This document shows positions 1 through 8,959 of a DNA stretch of 64,000 bases, piece by piece. Source of the DNA: Polyangia bacterium. Its GTDB lineage: Bacteria > Myxococcota_A > Polyangia > Fen-1088. The stretch covers positions 1,436 to 65,435 of the forward strand of contig JBBSJE010000003.1 in NCBI GenBank assembly GCA_038257535.1. The letters run 5' to 3'. Each line of letters opens with the position of its first letter. The first letter of the stretch is position 1. The notes beneath the pieces were generated by a model that saw only the letters and a list, made by a program, of their open reading frames with translations, was not told where the DNA came from and did not search any database. A program made the translations under genes and the position numbers.

Positions 1-1810
1 TCGGCTCCAGCAGACGTCGCAGAGCGGTTCCCACCAGCGTTTCATCGTCCACCACCAAGATCCGTGCACGTGGGCCGCTTCTGGGGGGCGGGATTGTGGC
101 GCTGGGTCTTACCGCCGAGCCCTTCGCCAACGGCAACAACACGCGGAAAGTGGAACCGTGTCCAGGTTGGCTCTCCACCTCTATTCGCCCACCCATCTCG
201 GACAAGATCGCGTGGCAAAACGCCAAGCCCAACCCGGTGCCCTGACCGGGCGGTTTTGTCGTGAAGAAAGGCTGGAAGATCCTTGCCAGGTTGGCTTCTG
301 GGATGCCCATGCCCGTGTCGCAAACCTGCACTTGCACAAACTCGCCCTCACGCCTGCCCGTGATCCGAATGACATTCTCTAACGCGGCTCCCTCCTGAAT
401 GGCGTGAGCCGCGTTCACCAGGAGGTTGAGAAACACTTGCCCCAGCCGGCCTTCATTGCCGCGCACCGGGGGAAGCGCTTCGAGGTGCACCTTCACAACG
501 GCCCGATGACGAATTTCGACTGAGGCCATGCGAACGGCAAGCTGCACCACGCGCGCCAAGTCGACAACTTGAATTTCGTCGTTGTCTACGCGCGAGAAGA
601 GACGCAGGTCAGCCACAATTCTGCGGATTCGTTCGGCGCCCTCTTGAGAATCAACAACCATCTCCTTGAGTTCCAAGAGCTCTGGCTTGGGCAGCGTTTC
701 GCCCCGCGATAGGCGTTGCACCGAGGCAGCCAAAAGATCCAGATTGCTGGTGACGAAGGCCAAAGGGTTGTTGATCTCATGGCCCACGCCCGCCGCCAAT
801 GTGCCCACGGAGGCCATTCGTTCGGCCATCATCAGCATGCTTTGGATTCGCCTTCGCTCGGTCGAATCGCGCGCGATAATGACTTGGCTGGCCTTGCCGT
901 CGAAGTCGAGTGCAAGTGTGAAAGACTCCGCGGGGATCTTTTGGCCGTCCTTGTTCAGCAACCAGATCTCTTTGAGCATGACTTCCGCGGGCCCGCTGGA
1001 TCGCGAATTTGCGGGGGAGTTTTCAAACAAGCGCGTTTCCGGCACGCCCACGAGTTCGTCACGCCCAAGACCCAGCTTCGTACTTGCAGCGGCGTTTGCG
1101 TAGATCACTTTGCCCGCTTGGCTGATCAGAACAACGTCCGGCATGGATTGGATCAAGGCACGAAAGCTTGCGTCCGCCCGTCTGCGTGCGGCGTCGGATT
1201 CCCGGCGCAGCTTCAGGTGCCTGAGACTTCGCGTCTGCTTTCGTTGCCAAGACGCCAGCAAAAATAGATTCGCTACCGCTGATCCGAGGGCTATCATGCC
1301 TAACAAGTAGAGCGAGCGAGAGCGCACCTCCAGGCGGGCGGCGATTTCATCGTCTCGCCCACGTAGGATTTGCCCTAGCTGCCCCACAGGCGCCAGCGCC
1401 GGGTGCAGTGCGTTCCGAAAATCGCTGGTGGCTGCATTCAACAGAGGCGGGCTGGCTGTGGTCTCGTGACTTAGGCGCTCAAGCTGTTGCGCCAGGGCCA
1501 CGGCCTGCGGGACGTCGCTCGCGGCTTCGAGCACAAGTTGCGACACAGCGATCAAGCGATGAGCGATGGTACGCGCCGCGCTGGTTGGCACGGCCGTTGC
1601 GCCGATACCCATTTTCTGCAAATCACCTTCAAGTTCATCGACCGCCGCTACAAGGTCTATGTTTTGACGCCACTGAAGCCGGACCTCGTGCAGTTTGTGA
1701 AACAACCAGCCGCACCACAACGCCATTACGATGACCACGATGCTCGCCAACCACAGCGGAGCAAAGGGTCGTTCTTTTGGCACCTCACCCGAGTCTGGCG
1801 GCGTCTGCAC
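1..1810 (-). CDS. Hybrid sensor histidine kinase (2 TM, PAS-like, HisKA, HATPase_c, start of receiver domain); 3' end runs off the window
   Basis: Absent from the ORF track because no stop codon lies in the window. My manual minus-strand translation gives RMASVGTLAAGVGHEINNPLAFVTSNLDLL (H-box, about nt 760-850), NLLVNAAHAI, DTGMGIP and GTGLGLA (N/G boxes), then ARILVVDDETLVGTALRRLLEP (receiver start) at nt 1-70. There are two hydrophobic segments near the N-terminus. Candidate GTG starts lie at 1810 or 1783, just after an in-frame TAA. Confidence 0.85.
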   Translation of the reverse strand, partial: MQTPPDSGEVPKERPFAPLWLASIVVIVMALWCGWLFHKLHEVRLQWRQNIDLVAAVDELEGDLQKMGIGATAVPTSAARTIAHRLIAVSQLVLEAASDVPQAVALAQQLERLSHETTASPPLLNAATSDFRNALHPALAPVGQLGQILRGRDDEIAARLEVRSRSLYLLGMIALGSAVANLFLLASWQRKQTRSLRHLKLRRESDAARRRADASFRALIQSMPDVVLISQAGKVIYANAAASTKLGLGRDELVGVPETRLFENSPANSRSSGPAEVMLKEIWLLNKDGQKIPAESFTLALDFDGKASQVIIARDSTERRRIQSMLMMAERMASVGTLAAGVGHEINNPLAFVTSNLDLLAASVQRLSRGETLPKPELLELKEMVVDSQEGAERIRRIVADLRLFSRVDNDEIQVVDLARVVQLAVRMASVEIRHRAVVKVHLEALPPVRGNEGRLGQVFLNLLVNAAHAIQEGAALENVIRITGRREGEFVQVQVCDTGMGIPEANLARIFQPFFTTKPPGQGTGLGLAFCHAILSEMGGRIEVESQPGHGSTFRVLLPLAKGSAVRPSATIPPPRSGPRARILVVDDETLVGTALRRLLEP

Positions 1811-1942
1811 TCGCGGCCAATCTTAGGGCTAAAACTTCGCGAGAAAGGTTACAAAACGGTGATTCCTTTCCGCGGCTGCGTCGCCTCTTCGGACTTACTT
1901 TGTGTGACGGTTGTGTGACAGGTGGCTGCGCGGATGGGCTGA

Positions 1943-3280
1943 TCAGCTCTTCAGGGCCGCCTTGATGATGGCGCCGCGGTTGATCTTTTCGTCAAGGTAG
2001 GCGCCGTTGACGCCCAAGGCCGAGCCCATCGTCTTGCCAACGGCACCCAGCGAAGCGTCAGGCGCAACGTCGCCCGCATCGCTCAGGGCGCCGGTGGTGG
2101 CGTCGAAGGCACCAGCGATGAAATCGGTTCCTAGCTTGTTGGGAACCAAACCGCCTACGACACCGGGGCGAACATTGTTGCCGATTAACATGGTTACCTG
2201 GTGGGCGCCGTAGTGGTCGCGGCCGCGTACACCTTTTTTCGCCAGCGTGCGCCCAAAGACATTTTGAACACCAAAGGTGACCTGATCCTGAAGCCCACTT
2301 GTTTTGAGGGCTTCGAGCAGCGTGGCGATGTGTCCCAAGCTGTCAACGTGGCTCGCAACTTCTTTGCCTAGATCTGGGTCCTCGTGGTTGTCCCCGCCAA
2401 ATGAAAATCGCACGTACATCACAGGTGAAACTTTCATTCGGATCAGCGCCAAGGCGGCCGTGACCTGACCACTAGGGCCATCGCTATCGATGCTGGCCAG
2501 CAGTTGCAACAAATCATCTGATAGCGACCGGGCTTGGCGGCGCGACGTGACCAAAGAATCCATATGGCGCTGTTGCGCCATGGTGCCTCGGGTCTTTAGC
2601 AAAGCCGACATCTCATCGACGGATTTGTCGCGCAAGCTCTCTAGTTTGGTGAGCACGCTGTCATCGGTCGCAAGCAAGTCCTTGAGCGCCCGTGGCTTTA
2701 AATCTGGTAGCGCACGGCCCTCGTAAGAAAAGTTGTTGCCGGCGCCGATGGAAACCGGTTCCGGTTGGACGGTGCCTAGACACGTGTAAAGGGCTTTGGC
2801 ACACAGCGAGGGAACCATTTCACCACGGGAGGCGGCGCCCATGAGACGCAGAACCTTGTCGTGGTCTGCATGGTTGTTGGTCAAGGTGGAGTGGTGAATG
2901 AAGGTGGCTCGATCAAGCGCCCATTGCGGCAAAGTGGAAAACACCTTCGCAGCCGAGGTGCGAACCGGGCCAAGCGACAGCTCCGTCTTCTGCATGACGG
3001 GACTCGCGGCGTGCGCGGGACCGGTCAGGCCATACATGCCGGGCGCGTTGGCGTTGAACGGATCGCCAGCGCCTGAGGTGCTTAGGATAAGAAATTGCGC
3101 CCTTGCTTTGTCGGCCGTGCACATCAGCTCTTCGGCCTGCGCGGTCAAAGGACGGGCGAGAAATGCGGTGGGCAATCCTGTGGCAAGGGCGCGTAGACCA
3201 AGACCGCTGGTGCCAAAAAGAATGTTCGCCAAAGCGTTTCGTCTGGTGGTGAGTCTGGTGGTGAGTCTGCTATTGATCAT
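1943..3280 (-). CDS. DUF1501-like (sulfatase-fold) exported protein
   Basis: ORF 1943..3358 trimmed to ATG 3280 (MINSRLTTRLTTRRNALANILFGTSGLGL, a Tat-like Arg-rich n-region plus hydrophobic core). The motifs GGDNHED and FGRT..GRDHYGAH....G..V.PGVVGG match my memory of the DUF1501 family. Confidence 0.7.
   Translation of the reverse strand: MINSRLTTRLTTRRNALANILFGTSGLGLRALATGLPTAFLARPLTAQAEELMCTADKARAQFLILSTSGAGDPFNANAPGMYGLTGPAHAASPVMQKTELSLGPVRTSAAKVFSTLPQWALDRATFIHHSTLTNNHADHDKVLRLMGAASRGEMVPSLCAKALYTCLGTVQPEPVSIGAGNNFSYEGRALPDLKPRALKDLLATDDSVLTKLESLRDKSVDEMSALLKTRGTMAQQRHMDSLVTSRRQARSLSDDLLQLLASIDSDGPSGQVTAALALIRMKVSPVMYVRFSFGGDNHEDPDLGKEVASHVDSLGHIATLLEALKTSGLQDQVTFGVQNVFGRTLAKKGVRGRDHYGAHQVTMLIGNNVRPGVVGGLVPNKLGTDFIAGAFDATTGALSDAGDVAPDASLGAVGKTMGSALGVNGAYLDEKINRGAIIKAALKS
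3241..3269 (-). repeat. 12-nt in-frame tandem repeat (gtctggtggtga x2 plus partial) encoding TTRL-TTRL in the signal n-region
   Basis: Read directly from the sequence at 3241-3269. Confidence 0.8.
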
Positions 3281-3293
3281 GGCGACTGACTCC

Positions 3294-5381
3294 TTAGAGG
3301 CCGAGAGAAAGCGAAAGTGGTGATTGGCACGCAACGATGAATGTTGAGCGCAGGGCATCGCGGGCGCTGGCCCCCGTCTCTAGCGCGGCTTGGTGGTGCC
3401 GCTTCAACACGTCGATGATGCCCGGCCGCAGTGAATCGTTGTCCGGAAGACCCATGAGCTTGTCAGCAAAGTCGTTGATGGCACGCTCCGTTTCAGTGTC
3501 CGCCCACAAGGTGTTGCGCCCGCCAGCAACGATGTCTACTGATAGTTTCGTGCAGATCGCCTCGACCGCCGCCACAAAAAACATGTTGGGCTCGCGTGGC
3601 ATAACCGCGGTGACCTCACCACGCGCGTATCCCGCATCAGGTAGGCCTAGCGCCAAGGTACTAAGATTGGGGCCGATCGACTTTTTGCCTTCCAGATTGC
3701 AGACGTCAGTCAAGCCCAGGCGTACGCCTAACCGGTCACAGAAAATTTCCCTGCGAGCCAACGCAACGATGGCGTCATGCTTTTCTCCGGTCAACGTACG
3801 GGCGGCGAATGTCGTGATGGGAGAGGAAAACAGTTCGCGGACTAGGGTGCTAAAGTTATGGCCGCTGGCTTTGAAGACGGTCGCCACACGAAGCAGCTCG
3901 GGATCGTCTGGCTCACAAACGCCGGCATTGGCGTATTGACAAAGCTTTAGCGCCCAAGCAAAAGCGAAACGCGGGTGCTGCGCCAACGCTTGCGCCAAGG
4001 CTGTGATGCCTTGACCCTGGATCGGCATGCTATCGTCGGCGGAAAAGGTCCCGGTTGCAGGGATGTTCTTGGTGGGATCCAGCTGATCGAAACGTTTGGC
4101 ATAGTAAAGCGTGTAATCGTGGCGAAAAAAGTCGCGCATGGGATCTAAGGTAACGTGGCAGCCATAACAGACTGTTCCTTTGGCCGCGTGCTCTCCTTCT
4201 AAGTTTGAGTCGTCGATGGGAATGCCCGGGCCTTCCGGCTGAAAGCTGAGCCCCAATGCGGTAATCAGCGTTTGGTTGGCAGTTACGCGGAAAACGTTGC
4301 TATCGTTCGTGGCCCAGTTTGCAAAGAACGCCAACGTCGTCATGAAGCCAACGCGTGGCGTGCCCACGACCAACTCTGCCGTGCGACGAAACTTGTTTAC
4401 GTTCCAGAACACATCGGGGTTTTCACCTTCGGCCGGGGGGCGGATGGTGACCATGCGGAATTGATTCCAATCCTCTTCGGTAAACACGGGCTGCATAAGG
4501 CCTGCGCAAAAAGTTGTGTGGCCGAAAAGCGTCGCGAAGGCCTCTTCAAGGCCCCTGCCGCCCGTGGAAACGTAGGGCGTGTCAGAGCACGGCAACCTAT
4601 CACTACCAGGAACGAACTTGAATTTCATGAAAGCGGCGTTGCCCTCTGTATAAGCATCGGCCGCAACGGCGGGGGGCGGAGCGCCCTTGATTCCGGCACG
4701 GGTCGCGATCATTTGAAAATTGGGATACTTCTGCGAAAACCACGCGTTCTGGGTTTTTTTTCGCTTGTCGTCGAGGGGGCGTGCATCCAAGAACGCGAGC
4801 AGCGCCATCATCGGAGGGTTCAGCATGAACCTATTCGTGGTCACGGTCTCAGTGAACGGTCGGCCCTCGTCGATGAGCGCCATTGCGGTGCGGGCAAAGG
4901 TTTCTGTGATGAGCTTTTCAATTCGGGCGCGGTTATCGTTCCCAAACACGTTGCTAGGGTCAAAGCCAAGTTGGTCGGCAAATTCATCTCGGTCCACCTG
5001 GACTTGCTGAAAGGCTTGCCCAAGCCACTGCTGCAGCTTCGCGCGGTAGGCAGGAAGTCCACGCCAAGTTTCAAGAAGGTCACGCAGCGCTGCGGGATCT
5101 GCCTTAACTCTATCAAGCTCGGCGGATGTGATCGGCAGTCCGGTGAGCAGATCTTTAAGCTTGGGCAGATAAGCCTCGGGCGGCTGTGCCGTGAACGGCG
5201 GTGGCGGTGGTGGTTTAACAACGTCTGGCTTGTCGGTGGGATCTTTGTCCCCGGGCGGGGGCGGCGTTGCCGGGTTGGCGCCATCGCCACTTTCCGATTC
5301 GGCGATGCGGCCCTCGCAACCTGTGGCAATGGCAAGCACAGAGGCAAGGGCAAAGAGCCGCGATGACTGGAACTTCTTCAT
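3294..5381 (-). CDS. Large lipoprotein with a single CxxCH motif (partner-type protein of DUF1501/DUF1552 genes; DUF1585/1588/1592-like or DUF1800-like)
   Basis: ORF 3294..5480 trimmed to ATG 5381 (MKKFQSSRLFALASVLAIATGC lipobox). A Pro-rich linker follows, then VCYGCHVTLDPMRDFF. It sits immediately upstream of the DUF1501-like gene with a 13-nt gap. The family assignment is from memory only. Confidence 0.6.
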   Translation of the reverse strand: MKKFQSSRLFALASVLAIATGCEGRIAESESGDGANPATPPPPGDKDPTDKPDVVKPPPPPPFTAQPPEAYLPKLKDLLTGLPITSAELDRVKADPAALRDLLETWRGLPAYRAKLQQWLGQAFQQVQVDRDEFADQLGFDPSNVFGNDNRARIEKLITETFARTAMALIDEGRPFTETVTTNRFMLNPPMMALLAFLDARPLDDKRKKTQNAWFSQKYPNFQMIATRAGIKGAPPPAVAADAYTEGNAAFMKFKFVPGSDRLPCSDTPYVSTGGRGLEEAFATLFGHTTFCAGLMQPVFTEEDWNQFRMVTIRPPAEGENPDVFWNVNKFRRTAELVVGTPRVGFMTTLAFFANWATNDSNVFRVTANQTLITALGLSFQPEGPGIPIDDSNLEGEHAAKGTVCYGCHVTLDPMRDFFRHDYTLYYAKRFDQLDPTKNIPATGTFSADDSMPIQGQGITALAQALAQHPRFAFAWALKLCQYANAGVCEPDDPELLRVATVFKASGHNFSTLVRELFSSPITTFAARTLTGEKHDAIVALARREIFCDRLGVRLGLTDVCNLEGKKSIGPNLSTLALGLPDAGYARGEVTAVMPREPNMFFVAAVEAICTKLSVDIVAGGRNTLWADTETERAINDFADKLMGLPDNDSLRPGIIDVLKRHHQAALETGASARDALRSTFIVACQSPLSLSLGL

Positions 5382-5640
5382 GGGCGCGTGGTCCTTCGGG
5401 AAAATCAGGAGGCGGCAGGCATTGCTGCAAAAGGCAGGCCCGCCTTGGCGCCTCAGTGTCACGCAGCAGGGGGGCGCCAAGTACCTTGAATCACAGGCAT
5501 CAAGCGACGTGGGCGACAGCTCCAGGGTGCAACCTGTGGCGTAACATGTTGCACCTGCTGCGGGGGGCGCAAGCAGCTGCGCTGGTCGAACGTGGCACCG
5601 TCTTCGCGCCGCAGCGGCGGCACGTCCTAATGGGCCCGGT

Positions 5641-7014
5641 TTACGGAAAAATCTTTCCGGGGTTCATAAGGTCCATCGGATCAAACGCCAACTTGAGCCG
5701 CTTCTGCAGCGCCAACACTTCCGGCTGTTGCTCCCACGGCATATAGCGAGACTTCGCAATGCCAATGCCGTGCTCGCCGGAAAGCGTGCCGCCCATCGCA
5801 AGGGTTTCGCGAAAGATGTCATCGATGGCGGCGTCAATGCGGGCGCGCACCAGCGGATCTTTTGCATCTTCGTCGCTCAGCACGTTCACATGCAGATTGC
5901 CGTCCCCCGCGTGCCCATACGCCGCAATCGTAAGGCGATGTTTTGTTCCCACTGCGTAGAAGCGCTCGAAGGCCTCAGGGATCCGCGACAACGGCACCAC
6001 CACATCTTCCGACAGCTTGAACTTGTAAGCCGCGGTTAAGCAGCGCGAAGCCATGCGCCGGGTTTGCCAGATGCGTTCGCGATCTTGATCGTCGCGCGCC
6101 ACCAGCACATCTTGCGCCTCGAAGGATTCGAAGAGCAGGCCCTGCTGTTCCAATTGGTTGGCCACCGTGTCTGGGTCGCCATCCAGTTCCACCAACACCG
6201 CCGCGCCCGCGCCAACCGGCAATTTGTAAGGGGCGTGGGGGCGCACATGGTCCAAAGTCACTTTGTCCAAAACCTCCACGGCCCGCGGACGAGCTTGCCG
6301 CAACAAAGCGTTGATGGCCCGGCCGGCGATTACGGCGTTCGGTAGCACCGCCATGAGCAGCCCTGTGGCTTGTGGTTTTCCCAATAGCTTCACCGTGATT
6401 TCCGTGGCAACGCCAAAGGTGCCTTCTGAGCCCACGAAGGTGCCCACGAGATCGTAACCCGTGACGCCTTTTTGCGTTTGCCGCCCGAAGCGAAGCCGGT
6501 CGCCGCCCATCAGACAAACGTCCAATCCGATCACCCAATCGCGGGTCACGCCGTACTTAAAAGCCCGTGGGCCACCCGCGTTGGCGGCCACGTTGCCACC
6601 CAGGCTGCACATCGACAAGCTGGCGGGATCCGGCGCGTAGAACAAACCCTGCGCCTCCACAGCGCTTTGCAGATCACCCGTGATCACCCCGGGTTCAACC
6701 ACGGCCACCAAATCGTCGGGATCGATGCACTTGATGGCGCGCATGCGCTCGGTGGACAGCACAATCCCGCCCTTCACCGCCAGTGCGCCCCCGGTTTTGC
6801 CCGTGCCCGCCCCACGCGGCGTGACCGGCACATGGGCTTCGTGTGCCAGGCGCAAAACCAGCGCCACCTCTTCGGCGGACTCGGCCAGCACGGCGGCGGC
6901 GGGGGGAAAGTGGCCCAACAACGACTCGTCGCGCGCGTACGTTTCCAACGCCGCTTCGTCTCGCAGCACGCGGCGGGCGCCTAGCTCTTGCGTGAGTCGT
7001 TGATAAATGTCCAT
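5641..7014 (-). CDS. FAD-linked oxidase, GlcD / D-lactate dehydrogenase family
   Basis: ORF 5641..7080 trimmed to ATG 7014 (MDIYQRL). It has PCMH-type FAD-binding motifs (PRGAGTGKTGGA, GGNVAANAGGP) and the C-terminal GGTLSGEHGIG. Confidence 0.85.
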   Translation of the reverse strand: MDIYQRLTQELGARRVLRDEAALETYARDESLLGHFPPAAAVLAESAEEVALVLRLAHEAHVPVTPRGAGTGKTGGALAVKGGIVLSTERMRAIKCIDPDDLVAVVEPGVITGDLQSAVEAQGLFYAPDPASLSMCSLGGNVAANAGGPRAFKYGVTRDWVIGLDVCLMGGDRLRFGRQTQKGVTGYDLVGTFVGSEGTFGVATEITVKLLGKPQATGLLMAVLPNAVIAGRAINALLRQARPRAVEVLDKVTLDHVRPHAPYKLPVGAGAAVLVELDGDPDTVANQLEQQGLLFESFEAQDVLVARDDQDRERIWQTRRMASRCLTAAYKFKLSEDVVVPLSRIPEAFERFYAVGTKHRLTIAAYGHAGDGNLHVNVLSDEDAKDPLVRARIDAAIDDIFRETLAMGGTLSGEHGIGIAKSRYMPWEQQPEVLALQKRLKLAFDPMDLMNPGKIFP

Positions 7015-7081
7015 GTGCTTGAAATGAAAACCGCCGCGCCCGGAAGTCCGGGGCGGCGGCACAACAGGCCCCGGGAGCAAG

Positions 7082-7471
7082 TTATGCAGAGAACGAACTG
7101 CCGCAGCCGCAGGTGCTTTTTACGTTGGGGTTCTGGAATTTGAAGCCCGCGCCGTGAAGGCCCTCCACGTAATCAATTTCGGTGCCCATGAGGTACATCA
7201 GGCTCATTTGGTCGCAAATGACCTTCACGTCGTTGACCTCAAAGTGGTGGTCAACGTCTTGTGGCTGGTCGAAATACAAATCGTAGGTGAAGCCCGAACA
7301 CCCGCCGCCCACAACCTTCACGCGCAGGGCGTAACTCTCTTCGATGCTCTCTTCGGTGCGAATCTCGCGAACCTTGGTGGCCGCGCCCTCGGTCAGGGTC
7401 ACAAACGAAGGGGTTTCGTCCAAGGAAGTGGTGGACGGTGTGACGGTGGCGGTTTCAGCGCTGGCAGACAT
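7082..7471 (-). CDS. A-type iron-sulfur cluster carrier (HesB/IscA/ErpA family)
   Basis: 129-aa ORF with GGGCSGF and the C-terminal STCGCGSSF signature. Confidence 0.85.
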   Translation of the reverse strand: MSASAETATVTPSTTSLDETPSFVTLTEGAATKVREIRTEESIEESYALRVKVVGGGCSGFTYDLYFDQPQDVDHHFEVNDVKVICDQMSLMYLMGTEIDYVEGLHGAGFKFQNPNVKSTCGCGSSFSA

Positions 7472-7698
7472 GGGAGCTCCTATAACGCAGCAATTGTCGA
7501 ATGCAAATCAGTTGGATGCCGGTCCGCCGAAGCGGGTCCGCATGAAACTATACTCGACTATAGCTGTTTGTCCCCGGTCGGGCCAAGCGCAACTCATGAC
7601 GCAACGCCCCCCGAATCCCGCGGGTGTTGATGGCATCTTAGCTGGGCGCGGGTCGTGATTGCCTCTGGCGGCCCTATGAGCTAGGAAAGGCGACCTCA

Positions 7699-8874
7699 AT
7701 GGCTACGTTCTCGAGTTTTCTCAAAGACATCAAATCGCAGATCCGGGAAACCGACGTTCCTTCGGTGAAGGAAATGGTTACCAGCCGCGGCAAAACCGCA
7801 GCCGGCCCCGTATTGCTCGACGTACGCGAAAAGGACGAATACCTAGAAGGGTATATCCCTGGCGCCAAGTGGATCCCTCGCGGCTTCCTTGAGCTTCGCA
7901 TCGAAGAGCAGGTTCCCGAAAAGACCAGCGAAGTGGTGCTTTACTGCGCGGGGGGGACGCGCTCGGCCTTGGCCGCCAAGGCGCTTGAAGATTTGGGCTA
8001 CACCAATGTGAAGTCGATGGCGGGCGGCTTTACCGCCTGGAAGCGCGCCGGCTTGGCCTTCGATCGCCCCTATGTGATGACGCAGGATCAGGCGATTCGC
8101 TACGCCCGCCACACCATGCTGCCCGAGGTGGGCGAAGAGGGGCAGGTCAAGCTGCTCAAGTCGCGCGTGTTGTGCTTGGGTGCTGGCGGCCTGGGATCGC
8201 CTGCGGGATTTTACTTGGCCGCTGCCGGCGTGGGCACCTTGGGCCTGATCGACGACGACGTGGTGGATGCCTCAAATCTGCAACGACAGATCTTGCACTC
8301 AACCGACACAGTGGGCATGCCCAAGGTGGAATCGGCTGCGCGCAGGCTCAACGCCTTGAACCCTGACGTAAAAGTGGTTCAGCACAAGACGCGGCTGAGC
8401 TCCGAAAACGTGCTGGACATCCTCAAAGACTACGACGTGATCGTTGACGGCGTGGACAACTTCCCCACGCGCTACTTGCTCAACGACGCCGCGCTCAAAC
8501 TGAACAAGCCGGTGGTTCACGCGTCGATTTACAGGTTCGAGGGCCAGCTGACATGCTTCATTCCTGACGAAGGCCCCTGCTACCGCTGCTTGTATCCTGA
8601 GCCGCCACCGCCTGACATGGCGCCCTCGTGCCAGGAAGCCGGCGTGGTGGGCGTACTGCCGGGTGTGGTGGGCGTGTTGCAAGCCACCGAGGCGATCAAG
8701 ATCATTTTGGGCCTAGGAAAATCGATGGCGGGCCGCTTGATGATGTACGACGCCCTGGGCAGCAAGTTCCGCGAGATGAAGCTGCGCCGCGATCCGAAAT
8801 GCCCCACCTGCGGTGAGGGTGTGGATCGCAGCAAGATTGAGCTCATCGACTACGAACAGTTCTGCGCGGTGTGA
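7699..8874 (+). CDS. Rhodanese-domain / ThiF-MoeB (E1-like adenylyltransferase) fusion protein
   Basis: N-terminal rhodanese domain (LLDVREKDEY, active-site loop YCAGGTRS). The ThiF/MoeB core has the GAGGLGSP nucleotide loop and two Cys pairs, CYRC and CPTC. Confidence 0.8.
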   Translation: MATFSSFLKDIKSQIRETDVPSVKEMVTSRGKTAAGPVLLDVREKDEYLEGYIPGAKWIPRGFLELRIEEQVPEKTSEVVLYCAGGTRSALAAKALEDLGYTNVKSMAGGFTAWKRAGLAFDRPYVMTQDQAIRYARHTMLPEVGEEGQVKLLKSRVLCLGAGGLGSPAGFYLAAAGVGTLGLIDDDVVDASNLQRQILHSTDTVGMPKVESAARRLNALNPDVKVVQHKTRLSSENVLDILKDYDVIVDGVDNFPTRYLLNDAALKLNKPVVHASIYRFEGQLTCFIPDEGPCYRCLYPEPPPPDMAPSCQEAGVVGVLPGVVGVLQATEAIKIILGLGKSMAGRLMMYDALGSKFREMKLRRDPKCPTCGEGVDRSKIELIDYEQFCAV

Positions 8875-8894
8875 GCCGCGAATTTGTTGCCCCA

Positions 8895-8922
8895 GAGGGG
8901 TGCCAATGCCAAGGCACCCCTC
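8895..8922 (+). terminator. Perfect 10-bp GC-rich hairpin after the moeB-like gene
   Basis: gaggggtgcc-aatgccaa-ggcacccctc lies 21 nt after the stop. Only a weak T-rich tract (ctgttttgtgttattt) follows after a 12-nt gap. Confidence 0.45.
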
Positions 8923-8959
8923 GTGCGGCGGCTCTGTTTTGTGTTATTTACGAAGCCTC

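Noticed and set aside
4272-5366. 364-aa plus-strand ORF antisense to the CxxCH lipoprotein gene
   Set aside because: It has the Arg/Gly/His-rich composition typical of shadow ORFs in high-GC DNA, is fully contained in a better-supported minus-strand gene, and has no recognisable motif.
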